From NCBI GenBank assembly GCA_964016885.1, contig OZ024745.1, positions 116,870,001 to 116,934,000 on the forward strand: 64,000 nucleotides of DNA. The letters run 5' to 3'. Of the stretch, positions 63,521-64,000 are shown piece by piece. Below the pieces are notes generated by a model. That model did not search any database and was not told the origin of the DNA. It was given only the letters and a program-made list of their open reading frames with translations. Position 1 is the first letter of the stretch. Each line of letters starts with the position of its first letter. Source of the DNA: Eledone cirrhosa. Lineage: Eukaryota. A program made the position numbers and the translations under genes.

Positions 63521-64000
63521 TTATAAATATCTACGACTATGTTGGAAAGAATATTTGTAATGATTCATTTAAATCGCATAAAATAACTGCTTAATAAAAG
63601 AATCAGTTTCCGATCTTTGTCCAACAACTATTTTAAAAATCGCGCTATGTATTCTGTTTTCAACATGCAGAAACGCAAATAATGACTAATTCTGAAAACA
63701 TAAAATGTTACAGTTGATGGGGGGAACAATTATGTTGTGAAGTTCGTATCTTCTCTAACGGGGAATTATCATCAAACAAATTATGGAGTAGCTTCAATGG
63801 CAAATCAGAACTGTAATGTGGGCTGAGATTGTAGCAAACAAATATCTTAACTGATAACGCCTTCTACAGTATAATTTCAAAAAGGTTATATGAAATAAAT
63901 TATCAATGAAGTAGTCATATACACACGGCACTACAAACGATTAAAAGGGTATTTTCTCGTAAAGATCTTAAGGCAAACAACTAAAATCAAATGATATACT

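Overview
This is AT-rich, repeat-dense eukaryotic DNA, most likely from an octopus or other coleoid cephalopod (inferred from the SINE/LINE families and the dense (TA)n, (CA)n and (CAT)n microsatellites). No intact host gene can be supported; there is one weak candidate exon at 191-315 (-). The window is mostly transposon debris: a CRE-clade RLE retrotransposon, RTE and CR1/L2 LINE fragments, two tRNA-derived SINE families, a DD37D (maT) transposase, a Chapaev3-like transposase, piggyBac/hAT/Tc1 MITEs, non-autonomous Helitrons and several minisatellites. The most striking signal is in the right 60%. There, Penelope-like (PLE, GIY-YIG) insertions sit inside long (TA)n tracts and are repeatedly built as fold-back hairpins, with arms of 60, 75, 79, 190 and about 1650 bp. 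They carry minimal type-I hammerhead ribozymes near their 3' ends, four canonical and several variant. The cluster includes a 438-nt non-coding retrozyme-like monomer with terminal redundancy and three phased octamer motifs, a 696-nt terminally redundant unit, and an apparently in-frame chimera of two PLE endonuclease types. All calls were made by eye; no searches or folding programs were run.
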